Shown in pieces: positions 34,998 to 43,853 of a stretch of DNA of 64,000 bases. Numbering within the stretch: position 1 is the first letter of the stretch; each line of letters begins with the position of its first letter. The position numbers and the translations under genes are program-made. The stretch is from an uncultured Gemmatimonadales bacterium (GTDB lineage Bacteria > Gemmatimonadota > Gemmatimonadetes > Gemmatimonadales > GWC2-71-9): NCBI GenBank assembly GCA_963695555.1, contig CAVOGR010000005.1:352001-416000 (forward strand), in the 5' to 3' direction. Under the pieces are notes generated by a model that saw nothing but the letters and a program-made list of their open reading frames with translations, did not search any database and was not told the origin of the DNA.

Positions 34998-35170
34998 CGA
35001 AGCGACTGCCTGGGAGTCGCTTTGATGAGGCTCAAGTTCCTCTGAGGTTAGGCACTTCCCGCAGGGATCTCACCTGTTCCGTGAGTTCCTGTAGCGGGGT
35101 TGTTTGTGGGACTCTGGGGAACCACTGGGGCCACAGACACAAACGATCAGGGCCACTTCTGTCCGTGACG
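34998..35170. repeat. Diverged copy of the tRNA-Arg element end sequences
   Basis: 34998-35137 is colinear with 41182-41319 (TCAAGTT, GGCACTTCC, TCTCACCTG..GTGAG.TCCTGTA, TGGGG pair); then GACACAAACGAT resembles GACACCAACAAT at 43082. Confidence 0.75.
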
Positions 35171-35325
35171 TGCGAGGCGACCCGGGCCGCCGCGGCTAAC
35201 AGCGTGTCAGACGAGCAACTGCATCGGATCGGTGAGCCCAGGCGCATGAGCGCGAAACCCCGATCACGGTGTGAGTGGCCGGCGCATCGGTCGGACCGAC
35301 GCGGTCGTCGTCCGTGCGCGACGCT

Positions 35326-35390
35326 CCGCCCAACCGACTTCCCGACGACCCCAGCGGGGGCTTCTCACCTGCCCGGTGAGGTCCTGTCGG
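35326..35390. repeat. Short collapsed copy of the 41.08-41.28 kb junction
   Basis: CCGCCCAA CCGACTTC CCGACGAC..CAGCG joined to GGGG..TCTCACCTGCCCGGTGAGGTCCTGT. Confidence 0.6.
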
Positions 35391-37951
35391 TCATCCCCCG
35401 GCCTCGGTGCCCGAGAGCGGCGGGGCAACCACCGGAAGCGCAACCGGCGCCCGTTGTCCTGGCACGAGCTCTAGGTTCATTCTTCGCACCATCGCCTGGA
35501 ATCGGCGGATCGTCGCGGTAAGGTTCGAATTCGGAACTCCACGCCACTTCCCACGCAACCCAGGCGTGGGCCGGCTCATACTCGAGCCAGTGGAGTGCCT
35601 CGTCCCGGTTCCCGAGTGCGCGCGTGCATGCGCGCCGCCCGTTGGCAACCCGAGCTGCTGGGCGGCGGAGCCTCGAAGTTCAACCGGCGCCGTTGCCGCG
35701 CATCTTCCGGTCCGTCCCGCCCGCGCGTGCGTCGGGGCGCGGGCAAGGTACCGAATCTCGGGAAGATGGCCGCCAGCTTCTCACGCGTAGCGTCGCCTCC
35801 TCGTACCTCCCCAGTGCCGCGCCACGGTTTCCCCGAGGACGAGTGTGCGATGATGCCGGGGTCGACCGCTTCACGTTGGCTCCCGCGCCAACGGCAGCGC
35901 TCGCTGCGTAGTCCTCGGCGTACCAGTACACGGCCGGCAGCGTACGTCAGGGCGAGGGCGTAGGACCATCTCGGGAAGATGGCCGCCAGCTTCTCATGTG
36001 TTGCGATCGCCTCCTCGTACCTCCCCATCCGCGCCAAGGTTTCCCCGAGGACGTAGTGTGCGATGATGCCGGGGTCGTACCGCTTCACGTTCTCCCGCGC
36101 CAACGGCAGCGCTCGCTCGTAGTCCTCGGCGTACCAGACCGGCCGGCGCCACGTCGTGTGGAGCGGGGTCAGGGGATCCAACTCCTGGGCCCGCCGGTGC
36201 TCCGCCAGCGCTTCCTCCACCCGGCCGAACAGGGCGAGATACCACGCGTAGTGGTAATGGTTCATGGCCAGGCTGGGGTTCAGCTCGTTGGCCCGACGGA
36301 ACGCCCGCTCGGCGCCCTCCCAGTCTCGTTCGCCGTATGTCTTATAGTCCGCCAAGGCGGCCCAGGCCTCCGCCAGTGTCGAGTCCAAGCGTAACGCCCG
36401 CTCGGCAGCCGCTCGCGCCAGGGGCCACGCGTCATCGGGGGGGTGAACCTGGGGTTATAAGGTATCCAGCGGGTGCGGATTTGGAGGGCGGTTGAAATAG
36501 CCGATGGCGACGTTGGCGTCCTCCCTCGTGCTACGGGTGTTGAGGACATGCATCCCACGGAGGTAGGCCTCGTACACCTCGGGGTTCACCGCTGGAGTGT
36601 CGTTGAGCCGCTCCTGCTCCGCGGGGCTCAAGCGCACCCCTATCTCGCCGGCAATGGCACGGGCGAAACCGCGGTACAGGGTCACCACGTCCGACAGCAC
36701 CCCGGCGTACGACGCCGTCCAGATCTCGCGCTCCTCCTTGTCGTAGAGCCGGGTGGAGATCTGGAGACTATCACCGCTCCGAAACAGCGAGCCTTCGATC
36801 ACCGCGTCCACCCCCAGCTCGCGCGCGATCTCACGGATCGGCTTCTCGGTGTGTCGGAACTGGGCCATCGTTGCCCTTGCCGTGACGGAGAGTCCCAGCT
36901 GTCCCAACTCGGCGATCAGCGCCTCGTGCACGCCCGCTGTCAGGAACTCCTGCTGCGCGTCGTTGGTGAGATCGGTGAGCGGCAGCACCGCGAGCCTGTC
37001 AATGCGCTCACCCGCGAGCATCGAGCTGAGCCCGCGCGCCGCCAGCGCAAGCACCACCACGGCCGCCGCCACCACGGCCGCGCGGCGCCAGCCTCGTCTG
37101 CCTGGGCGCGGAGCGGCGGTCGCCGTGGTCAAGGCCTCGGCAAACGCACTGGCCGTGGCGTATCGATCGGCCGGCGCCTTGGCCAACGCCCGCTCGAGGG
37201 CCGCCTCGACCGTCGTTGGTACCAACTCCCGCACCACCGAGATCCGGGGCGTCGGCTCACTCAGCTTCTTGGCGATCACCGCCAACGGGGTCGCTCCCGT
37301 GTAGGGCGGCTCGCCGCCCAGCATCTCGTACACCACGCAGCCGAGACTGTAGATGTCGCTCCGGGCGTCGAGGTCCTTCTGGCCGCTGGCCTGCTCGGGG
37401 CTCATGTAGATCGGCGTTCCGATCGCCGTCCCGGTTGCGGTCAACTGCTCGGTACCGGCGGCGCTCACCGCCCGGGCGATCCCGAAGTCGGCAACCAGGG
37501 CATGCCCGCCCTCGAGCAGGATGTTCTCCGGCTTGATGTCGCGGTGGACGATGCCCCGGGCGTGGGCATACCCGAGCGCGTCGGCCACCTCCCGCGCGAT
37601 CTGAAGCGCGTCCTCGACCGGGAGCTGCTTGTCGCGTCGCAGCCGATCGCGCAGCGACTCGCCCTCGACGTACGGCATGACGTAATAGAGGAAGCCTTGG
37701 GCCTCGCCCGAGTCGTACAGGGCCAGGATGTGGGGATGATGGAGATTCGCGGTGGTGGTGATCTCGCGCAGGAAGCGCTCGGCGCCCAAGGCCGCGGTCA
37801 GTTCGGGTCGGAGCACCTTGATGGCGACCTGGCGCTGGTGCTTGAGGTCCTGGGCCAAGTAGACGGTGGCCATGCCGCCGCAACCGATCTCCCGCACTAT
37901 GGCATAGCGGTCTGCGAGAGCAGCCGTGAGGCGATCCGACGGATCTGCCAT
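35391..37951 (-). CDS. Hanks Ser/Thr kinase + TM + TolB-N/FlgO-like domain + TPR repeats (frameshifted, internal duplication)
   Basis: GCGGMATVY, HRDIKPEN, DFG; LAVLPL; YEAYLRG; DWEGAERAFRRANELNP; RDDP/RFQAMVRRMNL terminus. Confidence 0.85.
35724..36147. repeat. Tandem near-identical duplication of about 210 bp inside the TPR-coding region
   Basis: ATCTCGGGAAGATGGCCGCCAGCTTCTCA at 35755 and 35968, colinear through GTAGTCCTCGGCGTACCAG. Confidence 0.85.
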
Positions 37952-38008
37952 TGGGGTCTCCTGAGCGGAGCTTATAGATGTGAGTGCTGTTACTTATCGA
38001 TCGGGAGA

Positions 38009-38034
38009 TGAAGCCGGGGTGAAACGGGTGTGAA
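38009..38034 (-). promoter_or_regulatory. Three TGAA/TTCA direct repeats at 11-bp period upstream of the kinase-TPR gene
   Basis: TGAA at 38009, 38020 and 38031. Confidence 0.4.
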
Positions 38035-38051
38035 GGCGTTTCTCACGCCGC

Positions 38052-38086
38052 GCTATCGGCGATAGGCTATTGGGTATTGGCTAATG
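38052..38086 (+). repeat. Tandem heptamer tract
   Basis: GCTATCG GCGATAG GCTATTG GGTATTG GCTAATG. Confidence 0.75.
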
Positions 38087-38202
38087 GTCTGGTCGGCGGA
38101 TCGGCGGACTTACCATCGGATTCCTCGAACCGCCCATCCGCCCAGCCGTCGTACTTCCCACTTCTTCGCGTTCCCGCCTTCACGTAGCGGCTTGCGCCAT
38201 CA

Positions 38203-40869
38203 TCAGTTTGCCACTCTGGTTTCGAACGCCTCGGCCCACCCGTCAAGCCACACGATCGGAGGCCTCTCGGCCAGGCCCCGCGAACGCAGGAACAGGAATC
38301 CGTTGTCGTTGGGCAGAGCGACGAACGACTGGTGGAACCCGTCGATTTGCATTCCCAAGACGCTGAAGAGCGGTTGGGGCGTCTCGGCTAGGAAGGTGGT
38401 GCCGCCGCGAACCCGGGCCACCATGAGCATCAAGTTCGGATCCAAATAGAACAGCTCATTCCCCGAGGCCGACCACACCGGCTCGCTGCCACCGCCGTTC
38501 GACACCTGCCAGCGAGCGGTCTCGGTGGCGGGGAACGGCCGCACGTACACCTCGTTGACCCCAGACTCGGTGGAGGTGTAGGCCAACCACTTACCATTCG
38601 GCGACAGGGTCGGGTGCGCTTCGGTGAAGCGGCTCGCCAACAGTGGAACCGGTGCCCCGGCCCCATCCATGCGGATACCGATCAGGTCGCCAGCCCCGGC
38701 CGTGGCATTGTCGGTCCGCAAGACCAGCCAGGCTCCATCCGGCGACCAGGCCACCTCTTGCACCTGCCGGTCGAGACTGGCCAGCAGGGTGTCCCCGCCG
38801 CTCCCGTCCGCGCGCCGACCATAGACCGCGCTCGTGACTCCGCTGTCGCGGATGAAGGCCACCAGTTCCCCATCGGGTGACCACGCGGGACGCCGGTCGC
38901 CGTTGCCGAACGTCAACCGCGTGAAGGGCCCGCCGTCCAGGTCCTTGATCCAGATGTTGATTGCGCTCCCGCGGCCTGCACCCACGGCCAACCGCCGGGC
39001 ATCCGGAGACAGGTTCAAGCCGTTGAAGGATCCGGACCAGGTGGTATCCAGCGGCGAGATGACGCCGTCCCGGTCAACACGGACCACGATGTCTTCATTC
39101 GAAGGACCGGTGCCGCGAATGTAGACCATGGTGCCGGACGGCGACCAGACCAGCGGCGCAAAGCCGCGCTCACTCACAACCCTCACGCCCTCCAGAACCG
39201 GGATGGCCTCGCCGGTGACTTCCAGTCGATCGAGGTCGAAGCGGGCCGCGACAGCAACCCCATCACGCCGAACGTACAGCAAACGGCCGTCAGGGAGATA
39301 CCACGCATGGGCCACGTCGTCGAGGAGACGCCGTTGGTCTCCTGTCTCCAGGTCGAGCACGCGGATGGACAGGTTCACGCACCCGGATGAGCAATACTGA
39401 AACAGGACGCCCCGAGAGTCCGGGAGCGCAACCGGATGCCCGATGCCTCCGCCGAAGAGTGCCGAATCGCGGAGCGCCACGGTCTTGGTGCCGCCTGTGG
39501 CGCTCACGCGGTGGAGTTCGCTCAGCGTGGGATTGCTATAGACGATGGTCCCATCGTCCAGCCACGCGGCTCCACCATAGCCGCTCCCGTCGACGGAGTC
39601 GGAGAGAGTCACCACGGTCCCGCCGGTGACGCGCACCTTCTTGAGCCGGCTGTCGGCGATGAACGCAATCCAGCCCCCGTCGGGCGAGAACACCGGCCCG
39701 AGGGCACGCTCGGTGCCGGGGATGGGAACGGGATCGAGACGATCGCGCTGCTTGAGCCACAGCAGGCCGTCCGGCTGGTTCTCCCTGAACGCCAGGATCG
39801 TGCCGTCGGGCGAGAGCGCCATGGCCGGAGCGCCAGACAACGGCTCCAGGTTTGCGCCGAACGTGATGTATTGCCAACGACCCGGGGTGTTCTCGCTGCG
39901 CCATGCGCGGGCCCAACCCCAGGCGCCGAACAGGGCCAGACCGATAACTGAAACGATCATGACCCACTTGGCGGCCGGGCCGGCCGTCCCGCTCCCTGGT
40001 GACGGCGCCAGTGTGGTCGCGACGCCGTGGGCGTAGTGGCGGTCGCCAAGGGCTGAGGCAAGTTCTGCGGCCGAGGCAAACCGGTCGGCCGGCAGCTTCT
40101 CCAAAGACTTGGCCACCGCGGCCGCCACATTTGGCGGCACGGCCTTCCGCGCCTTGGTGACCGGCTGCGCCTCCTCGGTCACGATCTTCATGATGATCTG
40201 TTGCGCGGAGGAGGCCGTGTGCGGTGGATCGCCGGTCAACATTTCATAGAGGACGGCGCCCAGCGAGTAGATGTCCGAGCGGTTGGTCAGGTCCTTCTCC
40301 GCCGTGGCCTGTTCGGGGCTCATGTAGTGGGGCGTGCCTAACGACAGTCCGGTCTCGGTCATTCGCCCGCCTGCGGCCGCACTCACCGCGAGCGCGATGC
40401 CGAAGTCGGCCACCATCGGCCGGCCGTCGTGGAGCAGGATGTTCTCGGGCTTGATGTCGCGGTGGATCACGCCATTGCGGTGCGCGTAGTCCAGCGCGTC
40501 GGCGACTTCAGAAGTAATCCGCACTGCTTCGTCGATGCCGAGCTGGGTCTCGCGGTCGAGCTTCTGGCGGAGCGTCTCGCCCTCGACGTAGGGCATGACA
40601 TAGTAGAGGAATCCGTCGGCGGTGCCGGAGTCGAACAGGGGGAGGATGTGCGGGTGCTGGAGTGCGGCGGTGGTCTTGATCTCTACTACGAACCGCTCGG
40701 CGCCGAGCACGGCGGCGAGTTCGGGCTTCAGGACCTTGAGGGCGACTTTGCGGTCGTGCTTGAGATCCTCGGCGAGGTAGACCGTGGCCATGCCGCCCGC
40801 TCCGAGCTCCCGCTCGATGCGGTAGCGGTCGGCCAGGGCTGTCTTTAGGCGATCAAGGGCGTCGGGCAT
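38203..40869 (-). CDS. Hanks Ser/Thr kinase + TM + TolB/PD40-like beta-propellers (intact, 888 aa)
   Basis: All kinase motifs, TM segment WVMIVSVIGLALFGAWGW, SPDG repeats. Confidence 0.93.
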   Translation of the reverse strand: MPDALDRLKTALADRYRIERELGAGGMATVYLAEDLKHDRKVALKVLKPELAAVLGAERFVVEIKTTAALQHPHILPLFDSGTADGFLYYVMPYVEGETLRQKLDRETQLGIDEAVRITSEVADALDYAHRNGVIHRDIKPENILLHDGRPMVADFGIALAVSAAAGGRMTETGLSLGTPHYMSPEQATAEKDLTNRSDIYSLGAVLYEMLTGDPPHTASSAQQIIMKIVTEEAQPVTKARKAVPPNVAAAVAKSLEKLPADRFASAAELASALGDRHYAHGVATTLAPSPGSGTAGPAAKWVMIVSVIGLALFGAWGWARAWRSENTPGRWQYITFGANLEPLSGAPAMALSPDGTILAFRENQPDGLLWLKQRDRLDPVPIPGTERALGPVFSPDGGWIAFIADSRLKKVRVTGGTVVTLSDSVDGSGYGGAAWLDDGTIVYSNPTLSELHRVSATGGTKTVALRDSALFGGGIGHPVALPDSRGVLFQYCSSGCVNLSIRVLDLETGDQRRLLDDVAHAWYLPDGRLLYVRRDGVAVAARFDLDRLEVTGEAIPVLEGVRVVSERGFAPLVWSPSGTMVYIRGTGPSNEDIVVRVDRDGVISPLDTTWSGSFNGLNLSPDARRLAVGAGRGSAINIWIKDLDGGPFTRLTFGNGDRRPAWSPDGELVAFIRDSGVTSAVYGRRADGSGGDTLLASLDRQVQEVAWSPDGAWLVLRTDNATAGAGDLIGIRMDGAGAPVPLLASRFTEAHPTLSPNGKWLAYTSTESGVNEVYVRPFPATETARWQVSNGGGSEPVWSASGNELFYLDPNLMLMVARVRGGTTFLAETPQPLFSVLGMQIDGFHQSFVALPNDNGFLFLRSRGLAERPPIVWLDGWAEAFETRVAN

Positions 40870-40953
40870 CGTGGTCCTTTGGAGGAACCGCGGATAATAA
40901 GGCCCTGGCGGGGCTTCTGGCCAGAGAAGATCACCCCACCCCGTCCACTCCCC

Positions 40954-40974
40954 GCTATCAGCTATCGGCTATCA
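40954..40974 (+). repeat. Tandem heptamer tract
   Basis: GCTATCA GCTATCG GCTATCA. Confidence 0.78.
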
Positions 40975-41027
40975 GACGTGAGTCGTGAATGTTAGGGGAG
41001 AGATGCGGTGGCTGTCGCTTCACCCAT

Positions 41028-41095
41028 CTGCCGAACCGCCCAACCGCCGAGCCGGCGTATTTCCCGCCTTATCGCCTTTCCGACTTCCCGCCTGC
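41028..41095 (+). repeat. Tandem degenerate octamer tract (CCGNCNNN)
   Basis: CTGCCGAA CCGCCCAA CCGCCGAG CCGGCGTA ... CCGCCTTA TCGCCTTT CCGACTTC CCGCCTGC. Confidence 0.6.
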
Positions 41096-41096
41096 C

Positions 41097-41176
41097 CAGC
41101 GCCCCCGGCGTGACTCGAGCCGCAGGCGAGCGAGCAGCTTGCGCGCAGCTCAACAAAGCGACCGTCAGTTTAGGAA
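41097..41176 (-). repeat. Displaced tRNA-Arg 3' half (att copy) interrupted by an insert of about 35 bp
   Basis: 41097-41118 is identical to 43161-43182 (22 bp); 41158-41176 matches 43187-43205 at 18/19. Confidence 0.88.
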
Positions 41177-41297
41177 TCAATCGAGGCGACTTCCGGGGAG
41201 TGAAGTGGAGTAGGTTCAAGTTGCCGTGAGTTGGGCACTTCCGGCGGGGGTCTCACCTGCCCTGTGAGGTCCTGTATCGGGGAGTTGTGTGGGAGTT

Positions 41298-41317
41298 TGG
41301 GGCACAGTTGGGGCACA
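41298..41317 (+). repeat. Putative tyrosine-integrase arm-type site pair
   Basis: TGGGGCACA x2 at 11-bp period. Confidence 0.7.
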
Positions 41318-41380
41318 GATTCTCGCTCATAAGTACGAGCGGACTTATCCCATTCCGAAGCCGTACAGCGACAAGGTGAT

Positions 41381-41431
41381 TGAAGATCCTTTCCCGAAAA
41401 ATTCATGGTCGCTTCGGGATAGTCGTGTTAA
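41381..41431 (+). promoter_or_regulatory. Conserved upstream motif TGAA-N17-TTCA-N19-GTGTTAA (copy 2)
   Basis: Identical spacing to 8020-8070, shared TTTCCCGA core. Confidence 0.6.
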
Positions 41432-41596
41432 GCAGCATCGTTGAGACTGTACCCATCTTGCATCTCGCCGCTGGCCCCAGCGGCCCCGTTGTAGGTGCGA
41501 CGCCGCCCTCCGACGCCTCTCCTCTTCGAGTCCGCTGAGCCCCGCTCCCCAATGGGGTGGCTCAGGCTTCAGCGACTCGTCACATGGAGGTGTCCC

Positions 41597-42851
41597 ATGT
41601 TCGCGAAAGAAACCCGGCCGGCACTGCTCCTTTCTCTCGTGTCGCCACTGGCACAGCACGTTCTCATCCTATCGTTCCTCATCGTCTTGCTCTGGCCGAT
41701 CTCTGCTTGCACCGATGATGCATCTACCGGCCCGACGCACCACGACCCCGTGGCCGTAGCCTACTCGACAACACCACCTCCTAACGCACCCTGGCTGTCC
41801 GACTATTTCCCTCTCAATCCACACCAGTTCGGGATCAGAACCTACTACTGGTATGACAAGGAGGAGCACTTCGTCTCCTTCATCAGCGGCACGGAGACCG
41901 TGCCCTACGTGAGCGGGCCGATCGAAGCCACGAAGCTATTCCTGGAAGACGAAGAGATCGGGCTCTACGTCGACCGGCGAGAGTTGTCGATGGGAGTCAT
42001 ACAGGACGACTACTACGTGTCCGTGGACTGCGCCCTCACCGCTGTCCCGTTCGACGCGGCCGGCAAGGTGTGGGATGGGATGTTCGTGGATCTCATCGGA
42101 CTACAAGCCTTTCTCGTCAAGAAGGATGGCACCGAATGCATCCCCATGCCTGGGAACGACAGGATCACCCTCTTCAAGATCGATGATGTAAACATCTTTG
42201 GAGAGCGGTACAACAACGCGTTGATTCTGTGGGGTCTGGAGCCGGGTGGATACCAACCGCTGGATTTCGGGGGATACGAGGAGGAGTGGGGGATATCGCT
42301 TCCCACGAGCGCCGAAACCCGGGGGTAACGCCGTAGACGGTTTCGCCATCCTTGGCTTTCAGACGGGAATCGTGGCTCTGGGCGAGGTGAGCACAGACGA
42401 GGGAGAGCTCGACGATCTGGCGCTTCTGGTCTCCGAGGTTCCGACGGCTTCGGTTCCGGTGCTCTGGGTGTCAGGCGGCGGCACGATCGACTGGGGTACG
42501 GCAGGGCGTGTGACCTACGGCTTCCACGCCACAGCCGACATGGCGGGCACCGCCGGCGGGATGCTCCAATTCAACCGGAGGAATAACGACCAGAAGTGGC
42601 ACGGCACGATCGACTGCCTGGCGGTGGACGGGAATCAGGCGAACGCATCGGGCGTTTTCACCAGCGGAGACTTCGAGGGTATGTACTTCACCTTCGGGGT
42701 GGAAGACAATGGCGAGGGGGCGATGGCGACGGGTCCGGACCGCATCAGCCTAGTCATACGTAAGGCGACGCCGTGGGACTGTAACGATCTGTACCCGTCT
42801 CCCTTCAAGGCGTGGACGAACGGCAACGTCCAGATCAAGCTCTTTCGGTAG
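41597..42851 (+). CDS. Predicted lipoprotein cargo with C-terminal 'DNGEG...GNVQI' domain; one frameshift near 42320
   Basis: GGAGG RBS, hydrophobic segment and ISAC lipobox; removing one base in GAAACCCGGGGGT joins the two ORFs. Confidence 0.72.
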
Positions 42852-43061
42852 GGGCACACATTCAGCACGACTGTTGGGGGCGGCTCCAGTGGCCGCCCCT
42901 AAAAACACACACCGTTCGGCTCGCTCGTTGACCGGACGGTCGAGGCGTTCCGATATTCCGCCTTGCTCCGTTGCGTCATGAGGGGATCGAGCCGGCGCTA
43001 CATCGAGCCACAGCCGGAACCACCAACTCACCACTCAGGGCTGAAAGGCAAGCAGGACATT

Positions 43062-43081
43062 TGGGGCACAACTGGGGCACA
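43062..43081 (+). repeat. Putative tyrosine-integrase arm-type site pair
   Basis: TGGGGCACA x2 at 11-bp period, about 80 bp from the tRNA 3' end. Confidence 0.7.
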
Positions 43082-43163
43082 GACACCAACAATGGCCGCC
43101 GATCTCTCGGCGACCACTTTTCGTAACTCCCTATCGGACACCACGATACTTGGGATAACTCAG

Positions 43164-43237
43164 CGCCCCCGGCGTGACTCGAACACGCGACCTTCAGTTT
43201 AGGAAACTGCTGCTCTATCCACCTGAGCTACGGGGGC
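43164..43237 (-). tRNA. tRNA-Arg(CCT), CCA not encoded
   Basis: GCCCCCG/CGGGGGC acceptor stem, TAGCTCAGGTGGATAGAGC D-arm, TTCCTAA anticodon loop, GTTCGAGTC T-loop. Confidence 0.95.
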
Positions 43238-43288
43238 CAGCCAGGAAATTAAGGTCGCCGCGCGCGGCCAAGTCAACCAACTCTACGC

Positions 43289-43819
43289 TCACGCACCGAT
43301 CAACGTGTGCACCGGCGCACCGTTCAGTCGCGCACTGCCCTTGAGTGCATCGATGGACAGGAGAAATGCCCAGCCCGCGACCGACGCGCCCAGTCCCGCC
43401 GCCAGGTCCTTGGCCGCGAGCGCCGTGCCGCCGGTCGCGATCACGTCGTCCACGATCAGCGCGCGCGAACCCTCGGGAAAGGCGTCGACATGCGCCTCGA
43501 GCGAGTCGGCCCCGTACTCGAGCTCGTAACTCTGCTCCACCGTCTCCCACGGCAGCTTCCCCGGCTTCCTGACGGGCACGAACCCGGCGCCCAGCTTCTC
43601 TGCGATGGCACCACCCAGGATGAACCCGCGGGCCTCGATCCCCACCACGTGGGTCACCCCGTCCCGACGAAACGGCTGGGCCATGGCACCGATCACCTCC
43701 TGGAACAACATCGCGTCCTGGAGTATCGGGGTGATGTCCTGGAACATGATGCCGGGCTTGGGATAGTCCGGAATGGCGCGGAGCTTCTGCATCAGGCGGC
43801 GCGTCAGGTCACTGGTCAT
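43289..43819 (-). CDS. apt: Adenine phosphoribosyltransferase
   Basis: IPDYPKPGIMFQDITP, EARGF, RKPGKLP, LEYG, VDDVIATGGT. Confidence 0.96.
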   Translation of the reverse strand: MTSDLTRRLMQKLRAIPDYPKPGIMFQDITPILQDAMLFQEVIGAMAQPFRRDGVTHVVGIEARGFILGGAIAEKLGAGFVPVRKPGKLPWETVEQSYELEYGADSLEAHVDAFPEGSRALIVDDVIATGGTALAAKDLAAGLGASVAGWAFLLSIDALKGSARLNGAPVHTLIGA

Positions 43820-43853
43820 GGTCGAAGGGGTGTCCTCGGTTGAGATTCGTGGG

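Larger units (their letters stand above)
41097..43205. mobile_element. Integrase-less mini genomic island integrated in tRNA-Arg(CCT)
   Basis: tRNA 3' half duplicated at 41097-41176; paired TGGGGCACA repeats inside both ends; single cargo gene. Confidence 0.8.

Noticed and set aside
35193..35330. Integron attC site starting GGCTAAC...TCAGACGA
   Set aside because: Only one arm is recognisable; I found no complementary GTTAGCC arm and no integron integrase.
25684..40869. Diversity-generating retroelement acting on the kinase genes
   Set aside because: No reverse transcriptase; the similar segments are the conserved kinase domains, and I saw no template/variable repeat pair with adenine-specific differences.
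23700..41100. Intergenic repeats as a CRISPR array
   Set aside because: Units are 7-8 bp, degenerate and dispersed, with no repeat-spacer periodicity and no cas genes.
42315..42330. Programmed frameshift in the cargo lipoprotein
   Set aside because: Indel lies in a C/G homopolymer context in an assembly with many such errors; no canonical slippery heptamer.
42963..43202. ORF as a tyrosine-integrase C-terminal remnant (SRRYIEP)
   Set aside because: No HxxR or LGH motifs; similarity is too weak to support.
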